From: Candidatus Moanibacter sp.
Lineage (GTDB): Bacteria > Verrucomicrobiota > Verrucomicrobiia > Opitutales > UBA2987
Length of the DNA: 31,236 nt
Assembly: GCA_965215885.1 (NCBI GenBank)
Contig: CBDCEW010000014.1
Location: forward strand, 1-31,236
Direction: 5' to 3'
Positions within the stretch are counted from its first letter, which is position 1, and each line of letters opens with the position of its first letter. Of the stretch, positions 9,888 to 19,603 are shown in pieces. Under the pieces are notes generated by a model. It ran no database searches. It was not told where the DNA came from and was given only the letters and a program-made list of their open reading frames with translations. Position numbers and translations under genes: made by a program.

Positions 9888-10505
9888 ATGGGAGACCTTC
9901 TGGAAATTTCGAGAGAGATACGTAGCCTTGCTCAGACAGGGCGATCCTATTCTCAAGACGCCTATGATCTAGACAGGTACGCGCGACTGGAGGCGATCGC
10001 TTCAGAGCTTCTTTCCCGGGGATCTGAATTACAGAATTTCTGTTGGCCGGTTGAAACTGGATACCCCACACCGAAAGTCGATGTCCGCGGCTTTGTCTTC
10101 AGAGACGATCAACTCCTCATGGTTCACGAAGCATCCTCAAGTAAATGGTCAGTTCCCGGGGGTTGGGCGGATGTGAATCTTACCCCGGCCGAGAACGTTG
10201 AGAGAGAGTGCCTTGAGGAGACAGGATTCATTGTTAGAGCCGAGCGAATAATATCCGTGCTTGATCGAGACCGAGCGGGTTATCCGCGGAATCCGGAGAG
10301 TATCTACAAGATTCATTTTCTTTGCAGGTTGCTGTCGGGTGAAGCGAGGCCGAATTTCGAAACTACCGATGTCGGATTTTTTCATCCGGACAAGCTGCCG
10401 GAGATTGATGAAGGGCGCGTCCGTGTGCAGGACATTGCTGACGCGAGAGCGTGTTTGAAAGGCAATGATAACGGTACCTGCTTTCAGAAGACCGAAGACG
10501 AATGA
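9888..10505 (+). CDS. Nudix hydrolase with N-terminal Nudix_N domain (YjhB-like)
   Basis: Motifs LAQTGRSYSQDAYDLDRY, GYPTPKVDVRG and box PGGWADVNLTPAENVERECLEETG. Confidence 0.9.
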   Translation: MGDLLEISREIRSLAQTGRSYSQDAYDLDRYARLEAIASELLSRGSELQNFCWPVETGYPTPKVDVRGFVFRDDQLLMVHEASSSKWSVPGGWADVNLTPAENVERECLEETGFIVRAERIISVLDRDRAGYPRNPESIYKIHFLCRLLSGEARPNFETTDVGFFHPDKLPEIDEGRVRVQDIADARACLKGNDNGTCFQKTEDE

Positions 10506-10678
10506 TTGCAGATCACTCCGGCACCCATTTTCGCGCGAGGCGATACTGAGGTGAACAAAACCGGGGTGGCGAGCAAGCAAAGGCCTGTCATAAATTGTAC
10601 ATGGGACAAACACCGCCTAACCCGCTCGGAACTCGATCGTCGCACCTCCAGTCTACTCTGATTCCGGTGAAAAACCCC

Positions 10679-10768
10679 CACGTTCCTGTCCCGATTGGCG
10701 GGACGGCTACTCTGCCGTACGGCAGAGTAAGTCGTTGATATTTGTAGCCGCGATCGCAAGAACGTAGT
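10679..10768. repeat. Palindrome cluster: 22-bp perfect palindrome between two inverted GTAGCC REP-like units
   Basis: TACTCTGCCGTACGGCAGAGTA at 10708-10729 is self-complementary. It is flanked by ...GGCTAC (10705-10710) and GTAGCC (10744-10749), with the small hairpin GTCCCG..CGGGAC. Confidence 0.65.
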
Positions 10769-10851
10769 CGAGGATTACGAAACAAGGACTTTTTCAGCCG
10801 AATTAACTGAAAAATGAACAACAGGAAACCCGGAAACTGGCAATAACCTGC

Positions 10852-13296
10852 ATGGGGAGCCTCCCTCAGCATATCCGTTATTCTTTCGTGATGATGATAA
10901 AGTCGCCGGTTTCTTCGGTCCTGGCGGTCGTCGCCCTCGCTCTCGGCATAGGCTTGGTGACAGCACTGTTTACGATCGTCAAGGGAGCTCTCTATTCCGA
11001 TCTTCCCTATCCTGAATCGGATCGAGTGTTCATGGTCCGATATGATCCTGACAGCCTGGAGAAGCACTTCTCGGTTCAGCAGGATTCGCGACTGCGATTC
11101 GAGGATTTCCGCGACTTTCGGAGACACCAGACCGGGTTTGAAGCCCTTTCCTGCTACTCCCGCGAACAGTTCAATGTCCTGATCGGCGAGAACCTGGTCA
11201 GCAGATCAGGAGTTCGAATTACGGCGAATCTTTTCGATCTGCTGAAGGTGCAACCTATTCTCGGCAGAGGTTTTGTTCCGGAAGACGATCTGCCGGGAGA
11301 GCCGTTGGTGGTTTTGGTGGGCTACAAGCTTTGGATAAGCGAGTTTGGCGGAGAGGATAAAGTCATCGGCAAGTCCGTGATTATCGACGCTGAATCCTAC
11401 ACTGTTGTCGGCGTCATGCCGCAAGGCTTCAGATTTCCTAGTCACCACGATATATGGATTCCGATCCGAGACCATGGCATCAAGGAAAAGAGGGAAGAAT
11501 CCTTACGATTCGATGTCGTAGGAAGGCTAAAAAGAGAAAACGCGATTGAGAAAGCTCTGGACGAGTTTGACAGCATAGCGCTTCATCTCAGCGAAAAGCA
11601 TCCTGTTGCAAACGAGGGGAGAACGAAAATGCAGATTCTTCGCTTCACCGACGCACAGGTCGGAAAGGAGATAAGGAAGATACTTTACGCATTGTTAGCT
11701 TCCTCTGCCCTCGTTTTGGTGATCGCGTGTGCAAATGTCTCTAACCTCTTTCTGGTTCGAGCTTCTCAAAGGAGCAAAGAGCTGGCCATTCGCTCATCCT
11801 TGGGGGCGAGGGGTATCGACGTAATAGCCCAAATGCTGGCCGAATGCCTTGTCCTCTGTTTTCTAGGAGCTGTAATTGGGAGCACGATCGCATTCGCAGC
11901 GGAATCCTACCTCGATGTTTTCTTTGATGTTGAGTCTTTTCCATTCTGGTGGGATTTTGGGGTCGATTTGCGGGTGCTTGCCTTTGTTATAGCCGTCACC
12001 CTCATCGCCACTCTGTTGGCAGGTTTGGTGCCCGCTCTTCGAGCCACCCGGAGCGATCTGAATGCGATATTGAAAGACGATGCGCGGACTTCGTCCGGCC
12101 TTTTTATTGGGCGTCTCAGCAAATTCTCGGTAGTTGTTCAGATCGCACTGTCATGCTCCCTGCTCGTGGCATGTGGAGCACTTCTGGGCACCGTGGCGGA
12201 TATCGACGATCTGCTTCCGTTCGATCCAGGCACCGTCTTGACCATATATGTAGAACTGCCGGCGAACCAGTACGACTACCCGCAAGCTTCCGCCTTCTTT
12301 GACCGCTTGCTGGTAAAACTTAAAGAAGTACCGGGAGTGAAGAGTGCCGGTTCAACTTCGGCCTTTGCCGTTCTCGGCGCCGGGCATGACCGTATGGTTA
12401 TTGAAGGAGAACCGTATTCATCCGCGGATGAGCATTTGATGTTGAAGAGCGAGAACGTATCCATGAGCTACTTTCCGGCATTGGAAGTTCCGATCCTTAT
12501 TGGGAGAAATTTCCGAATGACGGACACACTCGATTCCGAAAATGTGGTGATTGTGAACAGGGGCTTTATGGAGAGACACTTTAACAACGAGAACCCGATT
12601 GGTCGTCGTATCCGCAAGGGTAAGAATCCGGAGGATCCATGGAAGAGGATAATCGGAGTTGTGCCGGTGATAAGGCAGCCGACCGAAACAGAAGACGTGT
12701 CAGAAACCGGGGGTGCCGCGGGCTTTTACCGTTTCGTCCGTCAGTATGAGGGTCCCAGTCACAGGCATAGAACTGTATTTGTGCGTACTTCGGGCGACCC
12801 ATATAAGCTTTCGGCCAAAGTGCAGGGTGCAATTCGTGATCTTGATCCGATGATTGCATCTGGCTGGCTCAAGACAGTGGATGATTCCTGGAAGGAATGG
12901 ACAGGATTCTTCCGTTTTCTCTCAAGCATTTTTTGGATTTTCGGTATCAGTGCGGTGTCACTGGCCGGTATCGGTGTCTACGGGCTGGTGTACTTTTCGA
13001 TCGAACAGAGCAGCCGCGATATCGGCATTCGTCTGGCATTGGGAGCGAACCACCTGAGGATTCTGTCAATGTACCTGAAACGGGATATTGTTCAGATCAC
13101 GATCGCTCTGTGCCTGGGTTGCATGATGGGGTACTATCTATCCAACCTGATGATGGAAATAATCGGCCAGCATTTTGTTTTGAAAGTCGATCCCTATGCC
13201 ATGGCGATTGCCCTGATGATTTCAGTGGCTCTCTCCGCCACGGCATTCCCCGTGCTTCGAAAGAGTCGAGTCCTACCCATGGTGATCTTGAAGTGA
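10852..13296 (+). CDS. ADOP-type (duplicated MacB-periplasmic/FtsX) ABC transporter permease
   Basis: 814 aa. Motifs LALGIG, PILGRGF, IACANVSNLFLVRA..R..ELAIRSSLGA and a second repeat GVYGLV...DIGIRLALGA. No ATPase gene is adjacent. Confidence 0.9.
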   Translation: MGSLPQHIRYSFVMMIKSPVSSVLAVVALALGIGLVTALFTIVKGALYSDLPYPESDRVFMVRYDPDSLEKHFSVQQDSRLRFEDFRDFRRHQTGFEALSCYSREQFNVLIGENLVSRSGVRITANLFDLLKVQPILGRGFVPEDDLPGEPLVVLVGYKLWISEFGGEDKVIGKSVIIDAESYTVVGVMPQGFRFPSHHDIWIPIRDHGIKEKREESLRFDVVGRLKRENAIEKALDEFDSIALHLSEKHPVANEGRTKMQILRFTDAQVGKEIRKILYALLASSALVLVIACANVSNLFLVRASQRSKELAIRSSLGARGIDVIAQMLAECLVLCFLGAVIGSTIAFAAESYLDVFFDVESFPFWWDFGVDLRVLAFVIAVTLIATLLAGLVPALRATRSDLNAILKDDARTSSGLFIGRLSKFSVVVQIALSCSLLVACGALLGTVADIDDLLPFDPGTVLTIYVELPANQYDYPQASAFFDRLLVKLKEVPGVKSAGSTSAFAVLGAGHDRMVIEGEPYSSADEHLMLKSENVSMSYFPALEVPILIGRNFRMTDTLDSENVVIVNRGFMERHFNNENPIGRRIRKGKNPEDPWKRIIGVVPVIRQPTETEDVSETGGAAGFYRFVRQYEGPSHRHRTVFVRTSGDPYKLSAKVQGAIRDLDPMIASGWLKTVDDSWKEWTGFFRFLSSIFWIFGISAVSLAGIGVYGLVYFSIEQSSRDIGIRLALGANHLRILSMYLKRDIVQITIALCLGCMMGYYLSNLMMEIIGQHFVLKVDPYAMAIALMISVALSATAFPVLRKSRVLPMVILK

Positions 13297-13345
13297 GGAT
13301 GGCTTTGTTCGATCTTCTCCGATTAGTACCGTGGAGAAATAATCG

Positions 13346-14710
13346 ATGAGAATCATTCGATTATCGATCTGGTGGGCGAGTTTACTCGCCATATCCGTAC
13401 CCATCACTCGATCGCTCCATGCTGAAAACGAACTGGATCGCCTACTTGAGGAGAATGCGATTCGCATCGCGTCTCTTGATCCGACATTTGAGCAATTTGA
13501 AGACCTCAAACCGCTGCAGGAGATTCTAAACGGTGTCGAGATTGTAATGCTGGGGGAAAGTACGCACGGAGATGGTAAGGCATTCTTATTGAAATCGCGA
13601 TTGATCAAGTATCTGCATCAGGAGCGGGGATTCGATGTGTTGGTTTTTGAGAGCGGATTATGGAACTGTCGCAAAGCGTGGGAAAATATCAGTCGAGGAG
13701 AGGACCATGAATTGAACATTCAGAAGTCCGTCTACAGCCTTTGGAGCAGGAACCGGGAGGTCTCAGAATTGATCGATTACATCGGCAAAGTAAGTTCCAC
13801 TGAACAGCCACTCGAATTGGCAGGGATAGATTGCCAATTTACCGGAGAACTGGCCAGGGACGGGTTCATGGCCGACTTTTCTCTCGTTCTTAAGGAGGTT
13901 TACGAGGATACGGAGGAAATAGACCGGCATCTCGAGATTCTCGATAATCTTCTTCATTACAGATACTCCCCTTTTCCAGCGAATCGAAACGGAATGGAGC
14001 TGCCCGAAAGGGAAGAACGAAGCAGCTATCTGAGTTTCCTAGCAGAGACTCAGCGTTTACTCGAGAAATCGAATGTCGAAGAAAGAGGTTTCTGGTTAAG
14101 GGTGATCGAAAACATGAAATGGGAGGCGCGAAGGTTTTTTGGAGAAATAACCTGGTCAGATATGTCGGATCCGAGCTACTTCATTCGCGATCGACTGATG
14201 GGTGAGAATCTGATCTGGCTGAAAGAGAATCTATACCCCAGGCGAAAAGTCATTGTATGGGGAGCCAGTATGCATCTTGCACTTCGAAGAGAAGATAATA
14301 TCCGAAACCTCGAAGATGGCAAAGCCCACTATCTAAAGGGCGCATATACTGCTGGAAGTGTTGTTTCCGCAAAATACAGAAGTCGGTCCTACTCCATCGG
14401 CGTCACATCATACAACGGCTCCTATGGCAGGGTCGATATGGCAAAGCCGTATGAAAGGGAGCTTGTACCGATGGAGGGCAGCCAGTATTCGATCGAAAAT
14501 CAACTCGCTGAACAGGGTTACGGGAATATTCTCATCGATCTGCGAAGCGAGGGAATGAAGAGGTACTTCGGAGATAAGCGATGGATCGGCCGTTTTTTTG
14601 GATACCGCGGTGAGGCAGCTGACTGGACGGAAGTCTTTGACGGGGTTCTATTCATCAAGACGATGGCCCCGAGTCATGGAACTGGCAGCCGTGATGAACA
14701 AAGGAAGTAG
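13346..14710 (+). CDS. Erythromycin-esterase-family (Ere/Bcr136-like) protein with a probable signal peptide
   Basis: Motifs IVMLGESTHG, GFDVLVFESG, GIDCQ, RDRLMGENL, VIVWGASMH and FDGVLFI. The hydrophobic N-terminus ends ..SLHA. Confidence 0.85.
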   Translation: MRIIRLSIWWASLLAISVPITRSLHAENELDRLLEENAIRIASLDPTFEQFEDLKPLQEILNGVEIVMLGESTHGDGKAFLLKSRLIKYLHQERGFDVLVFESGLWNCRKAWENISRGEDHELNIQKSVYSLWSRNREVSELIDYIGKVSSTEQPLELAGIDCQFTGELARDGFMADFSLVLKEVYEDTEEIDRHLEILDNLLHYRYSPFPANRNGMELPEREERSSYLSFLAETQRLLEKSNVEERGFWLRVIENMKWEARRFFGEITWSDMSDPSYFIRDRLMGENLIWLKENLYPRRKVIVWGASMHLALRREDNIRNLEDGKAHYLKGAYTAGSVVSAKYRSRSYSIGVTSYNGSYGRVDMAKPYERELVPMEGSQYSIENQLAEQGYGNILIDLRSEGMKRYFGDKRWIGRFFGYRGEAADWTEVFDGVLFIKTMAPSHGTGSRDEQRK

Positions 14711-14716
14711 CTCCCG

Positions 14717-15340
14717 GTGAATGAGGGTGCACATTTTCCCGCTATCCCAATCGGCAGAAGGATCCATGTGATTGGTAACAGCTGTTCCGGAAAAAGCACT
14801 CTGGGAGCGCAGTTGGCGGCTGCCCTCGGCGTCCCCTTTGTGGAATTGGATGCGCTCAATTGGGAATCCGGTTGGGTCGGCCTGAACGAGACAGATCCTG
14901 AGAAGTTTGTGCGTCGTATAGAAGGAGCGACCAGCGGGGAAGGGTGGGTTGTTGCAGGATCCTACACTGGCTTTTCACAGCGTGTCTTCTGGACTCGCCT
15001 GGAGACTATCGTTTGGCTGGATCTTCCCATGCGGAATCTCATCTTTCGATGGCTTGTTCGATCGTGGCGACGGTGGCGCACAAAGGAACTGCTTTGGGGG
15101 AAGAATTATGAAAGGTTCTGGCCCCAGCTCATGTTTTGGAGCAAGGAAGATTCCCTGCTATGGTGGATCGTCACGCAGCATCGACGCAAGCGTCGCAATA
15201 TGCTCACATACAGCGCTGATTCGCGATGGAGCCACATACGGTTTGTGCGGCTCCGATCTTCTGCCCAAGTCGAAGCCTTTCTTGACGAAGTTGGAGCCAA
15301 GACCGATGGCCGCACTCAAGCATATTCGGGATCGCGCTGA
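14717..15340 (+). CDS. P-loop nucleotide-kinase-like protein (FlaR / adenylate-kinase-like)
   Basis: Walker A IHVIGNSCSGKSTL, plus ELDALNW..GW, WVVAGSY and IVWLDLP. Confidence 0.8.
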   Translation: MNEGAHFPAIPIGRRIHVIGNSCSGKSTLGAQLAAALGVPFVELDALNWESGWVGLNETDPEKFVRRIEGATSGEGWVVAGSYTGFSQRVFWTRLETIVWLDLPMRNLIFRWLVRSWRRWRTKELLWGKNYERFWPQLMFWSKEDSLLWWIVTQHRRKRRNMLTYSADSRWSHIRFVRLRSSAQVEAFLDEVGAKTDGRTQAYSGSR

Positions 15341-15373
15341 GGCGCACCTCTTACATCGTTCAATTATTCAGCC

Positions 15374-15811
15374 ATGTCGCGCGCGCCGTTCAATGTTCTG
15401 GTCCTCCCGTATCGAGCGCGCGACGCTTCCTACGAATATGCCGTGTTCTACCGTTCTGATTCGAAGATGTGCCAGTTCATCGCGGGCGGAGGCTAAGAGG
15501 GTGAAAGTCCCGTGGATGCCGCCCGAAGGGAAGCACTCGAGGAAGGGGGAATAGGAGGTAGAAGCCTCTGGATGGAGCTCGACTCACGGGCCTCAATCCC
15601 CCGTAGGGCGTTTCGCGAGGCACCTTGGCCGGAGGATGTCTTTGTCATTCCTGAGTTCTGTTTTGCCGTAGAGGTTGGAGATTCTGAAATCCGACTCTCT
15701 GAGGAACATAGGGAGTTTGCGTGGCTAGGATACGAGGTGGCTAGCGAACGATTGACCTGGGACTCCAACAAGGTTGCACTTTGGGAGCTCCAGGAACGCC
15801 TGAGGTCGTAA
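15374..15811 (+). pseudogene. Nudix hydrolase (NudB-like) with an in-frame TAA at 15494-15496
   Basis: From ATG 15374 it reads MSRAPFNVLVLPY...QFIAGGG*EGESPVDAARREALEEGG...LSEEHREFAWL..WDSNKVAL. The stop lies inside the Nudix box. Confidence 0.85.
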
Positions 15812-15814
15812 CTT

Positions 15815-18195
15815 CAGACCTCACTATATTGCCCCTCTAAAGGCACTATGCAATCGCAAGTTTAAATCCCGATTTTTTGCCCAGTCGGAAGATGATTCTT
15901 CGGCCTGAACCGTCGGGCATCAGTAAGGGCTTCTGATTGAGAGTTTGCAGATACTCAAGCACCACCGCCTGCACCCGAGGGGGATAAGTTGCGGTGGGGA
16001 ATAAATGCGCTTCGACCGCACAGCCCCTCTCTATAAGAACGCCGTCACTGTGAGTCAAATTGCGAAACAGATCGTGGTCGTCACGATAGTTGTTGTAGCG
16101 AGCTTTAAAGGGTTCGAGCTGCTTGTAGAAGCTGTTACGGGCGAAGATTTTCAAGGCATCCATGAGGGACTTGTTAGCGGTGTCCAGGCGGACATAGTTT
16201 TCATCAATGAGGCGCTGCAGCCTCGAGCATTCGGTGTCGATTTGCTCCAGTTCGAGTTGGAGGGCTTTGAGGGCCTGATCGAGTCGACGGATCTTTTCGC
16301 CCCTTGAGGCGCTTTTGCCCGGGTGGGCATGCTCGGCCAGGAGCAGTCTTTTCAATTCTTCGGTGCATTGCTGTTTTTGCTTCAGGAGGGCTTTGGCGGC
16401 ACCGCTTTTCTCCTGCTTGTCCTCAAGGTGTTGGGCTAATCGCTTGTAGTGGACGGTGCGATAAGAGGTGATCTGATTAATCCCAAAGTGCTTATCGAGG
16501 TATTTGAAGTCATTCTCCTGAATCCAGCGACTGAACATCCCTTTGATTACCTCTTCATTTCGGGCCTGCTGATCGGTCGCCAGGATGCTCACGGTAATGG
16601 TTCGATTTTTTGGATTGGTCGCCTCCACGATCCACTGCACCAGTTGAGGATTTTTCTTCCAGGGGCCCCGCTGATAGCGAAGATGATACTCCTGGAGATC
16701 TTCGGCATGGTTGCGCGCGCGCTGCAGGCGCAACTGCCCGTCGATCCGTTGGAGGGGCTGGGCGCTGGCCTTGTAACCTTTTTCCCAGGTAATGATTTCG
16801 AGTTGAGGGTGCTCCACGATGGCTTCGTAAAACCACTCCGCGGCGATCGCCCGGTCCACGTAAATGCTCACCTTCTTATCAGCCGGCAACTGCACCAGCT
16901 CGAGCATCGCTTCGCAGTTGGGGATAAACCGTTCCCTTATATCCTCATAGTTGTCAGTGCTCGCAAAATAGACCGGATAGCCCTTGAGGGTATGAATAAA
17001 ATCGCTGTGGAGCGCTTTGTCGGCCAGACGGATACCCGGACACCATCCCGCCAGCACCTTGCTCATTCCGGTGTAATGTTTGGTGTGCGGATCATAATAA
17101 AAGCTCTCTTCATCCGAAGCATTCAGGCCCCTCGCGTTCACTCTGAGGATCTCTCTTAAAAGCCCTTCATCGGCCAGGGCGCTAAGGCTTTGGCGTTGCA
17201 GATAGGGGGTATACAGGACTCGCCCGATGAGTTTTTGCAGGTCTTCGAGATCGAGCAGTTTGCTCTGCTCGATATTGACCGCGGCCAACAACCCGCAAGC
17301 CACCCATTGTTTCAAAAGCCAGCCCTCTTCGCGATCAATCTGAGCGACTTCTCTGAGCGCGGCACTGAACAGAAGTACTCCCAGGTGCCGATACCATTGC
17401 ACCGCTTCGGAGCTCTCCCTCGAAAAATCGGGAGACCCCTTGCGATTGTCCCCTTCGCTTTCGGGGCTATTTTCTGCTTCTTGCTCCTGTTCGTCCCTCC
17501 CCGAGTCCTCCGGGCAATCCCAGGGAGTCTCCCGATTTTGCGCCCTCTCGGCTTCGGCCTCCTTTGCCCGGGCCTCTTTAAGCTCCTTAAAGACAGGGCG
17601 CAAAGTTTCCCCACTGAGGTTAACTCCGAACACCTCCTCGATCTCCCCCCGTATCTTCTTGCTGTAGCCATACCGACTCTCCCCATAGATCTGCCCGAAG
17701 CGCACCCGCACAAAACTCCGGATTTCCCTCGTCAATTTGCGATGAGCGCTGCGTCCCGCCAGCACTCGCGCTAAGGTCTCGGCATCTCCGCTTTGAAGCG
17801 CCTCCCCCCACCGCTTCATCGTTTTGGGGTCAACCTCAAATTGCTTCTCTAAGCGCCCTTTCTTCAACCCCGCATTGTAGAGGCGCCCCTCCAATAGCTT
17901 GAATTCAACTTGCTCCCGATCGTCCTCTACGACTTCAAAAAGCTCATGCCCGTAATAGACGTGCAGTTTGCCTTCCCTCAGATCCCGATAGACCGTGATC
18001 GAGGGATTACCCTTGTCCACTCCAAGGATGCACTGTAAGAAGGTCTCTACCGTTTTCTTTGACGGTAGGTTTCTCCATTTTTCTTCGAATTTGATGGTTC
18101 GAAGATGAAGCCTACCGTTTTCTTTAGCTCTTAAAAGCCGGGAATTGTATCTGCGATTGCCCCCTGCCCGCCAACCCGCATGATAGCGAGTTCTG
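15815..18195 (-). mobile_element. IS-A copy 2, 2381 bp, inverted relative to copy 1
   Basis: Reverse complement of 70-2443 except about 8 substitutions seen and a 7-bp insertion at 18048-18054. Flanks are AACTT (15810-15814) and ATCTT (18196-18200). Confidence 0.93.
15846..18078 (-). CDS. IS-A transposase copy 2; ATG 18078 is put out of frame by the 7-bp insertion (724 aa open from GTG 18020)
   Basis: The protein matches copy 1 except I>V (GYPVYF), R>H (DDHDL) and N>K (NQKPL). Confidence 0.8.
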
Positions 18196-18395
18196 ATCTT
18201 AATCGTAAGCTTAGTCGCAAACTTGGTCGAAAAAGAGAGATCGAAAACGACGAAGCTCGCGACGAAGGTTCCCTGGCGGGGAGTGTCACTCTTTCAAACT
18301 TAATCGTAAGCTTCGTCGTAAGCTTAATCGAAGGAGAGACCGAAAACGACAAAGCTCGCGACGAAGCTCACGACAAAGTTTCCCTCGCGAGGGGG
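18196..18395. repeat. Modular 12-bp-period repeat element, copy A
   Basis: Tandem units such as TCGTAAGCTTAG/TCGCAAACTTGG, then a purine spacer, inverted units CGACGAAGCTCG and a GC hairpin. The module repeats at ~101 bp (CTTAATCGTAAGCTT at 18198 and 18299). Confidence 0.8.
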
Positions 18396-18396
18396 A

Positions 18397-19330
18397 CTAA
18401 GGATCGATATCCTCCGGCATAAATGTCTGCACAAGGGCGAATCTCTCGTTTCCCTGACCCTGCGGCCAGCCGCGATGGGCGCCGGATTGGAATGTCATGG
18501 CGAAATCTCCCCGCCTGACCGAGGAATTTGATTTCGCGCCTGCGATCCCAGAAATCGAATGTGGTGCTCTTGAGTGTCTCCTCGAAACGGGTCGACAATT
18601 CCTGGTTGCAGGTTCTCAAGGACAGGTGGTTGTAGGTGCCGCGCCCATAGCAGTAGGGTCCCATGGTCTCATCGGAGATATCGTTGAGATAAAGAAACGA
18701 TTTTACCTTTGGTCCAAAGCCGTCGGAATGATAACCGCGCGTTTCCATGATCGAACGGTTGATATAGAGGTTGAAGAGACAGGAGCGGTAGGGCTTGCCT
18801 GATGCTTCGCGAAGCACGGATTCGATGAAGGCCGTTCTCCTTTTCTCGGAGAAAATGTGCTCGTGTTCAGGGAAGAGCCTGTCGACATGAAATATGTCGA
18901 CCATCCCGTCGTCCCCGGCAGGACCGATGTCGCCTTTGCGGACGTTGATCACCGGTTTCCCGAGTTTAACAAGATCGGTGACAGTCGTGTGTTTTCCTCC
19001 CGGGACGTTTTCGAACGTGCAGTTGAGAAGAAAACCATCGGTTTCGAGGTCTGTACGGGCTGTGATGTGACCGGCTATCGGTTCGCTCGCCAGGAGGGAT
19101 TCCACGGCATTGCGGAACTGCACCGCAGTCCCTTTTGAGACAAATTGCCGGAGGATGGCGCAGCCGTTGGATTTCATACTTGCCGATGCCGGGGCAAGCA
19201 GTGCATCCCAATCCTGCGCTTCGGCATCGAAATCGCAGGGAGGGAGACTGTCGATCTCCTGTTGAGGCACCTTGGCATTGAGATCAGCCAGAGTTTCGGC
19301 CAGATGGTTGGCAATCTGATGTTTGGGCAT
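18397..19330 (-). CDS. 2-oxoglutarate/Fe(II) dioxygenase (PhyH-like), frameshift in the C4 run at 18509-18512
   Basis: Has HxD (YHSDG) and KSFLYLND..GPYCY. Removing one base restores GQAGDFAMTFQSGAHRGWPQ..ERFALVQTF..DP*, which carries the distal His and Arg. Confidence 0.75.
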
Positions 19331-19603
19331 ATTAGGAATTTAAGAGATTCCACGGGGCGGAAACAATGGTAATTTGCGAGGGAGCACCATTGGGCCGATA
19401 TGCTGTTGGTTGTAAGAGCTCGTGATTCGGTTTGAACCTCAGAAAGGCTTTAGATCATGGTATTGAAGAGTTGAGCCCGCTAAAGACGCGAAAGGACGCT
19501 AAAGTGGGGAAGTTTTAGAGTCTTATGGCACACCTTCAATGCGATTTGCGAAGATATGTTATGTAAGTAAGATGGTAACAAACGGTTAAATCATAGCTAA
19601 ATC

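Noticed and set aside
4112..15811. Integron cassette array (short co-oriented resistance-like genes)
   Set aside because: There is no integrase and no paired RYYYAAC...GTTRRRY attC sites. Lone GTTAAAC (4623) and GTTAGAT (8150) lack partners, and several gaps are only 2-49 nt.
70..18195. Already-transposed composite transposon bounded by the two IS-A copies
   Set aside because: Copy 1 has its own perfect TSD and interrupts a gene that continues on both sides. The outer flanks (AACCT vs ATCTT) do not match, so the insertions were independent.
18180..18422. Paralogous small proteins (18180-18422 and 22004-22291, both with LIVSFVV.LIEG)
   Set aside because: The similarity is explained by translating the same DNA repeat. 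One ORF begins inside an IS end, and neither has a convincing RBS.
19435..19445. AACCTCAGAA matching the IS-A left junction
   Set aside because: The match stops after 10 bp and the internal GCAATCGCA box is absent, so it is likely chance.
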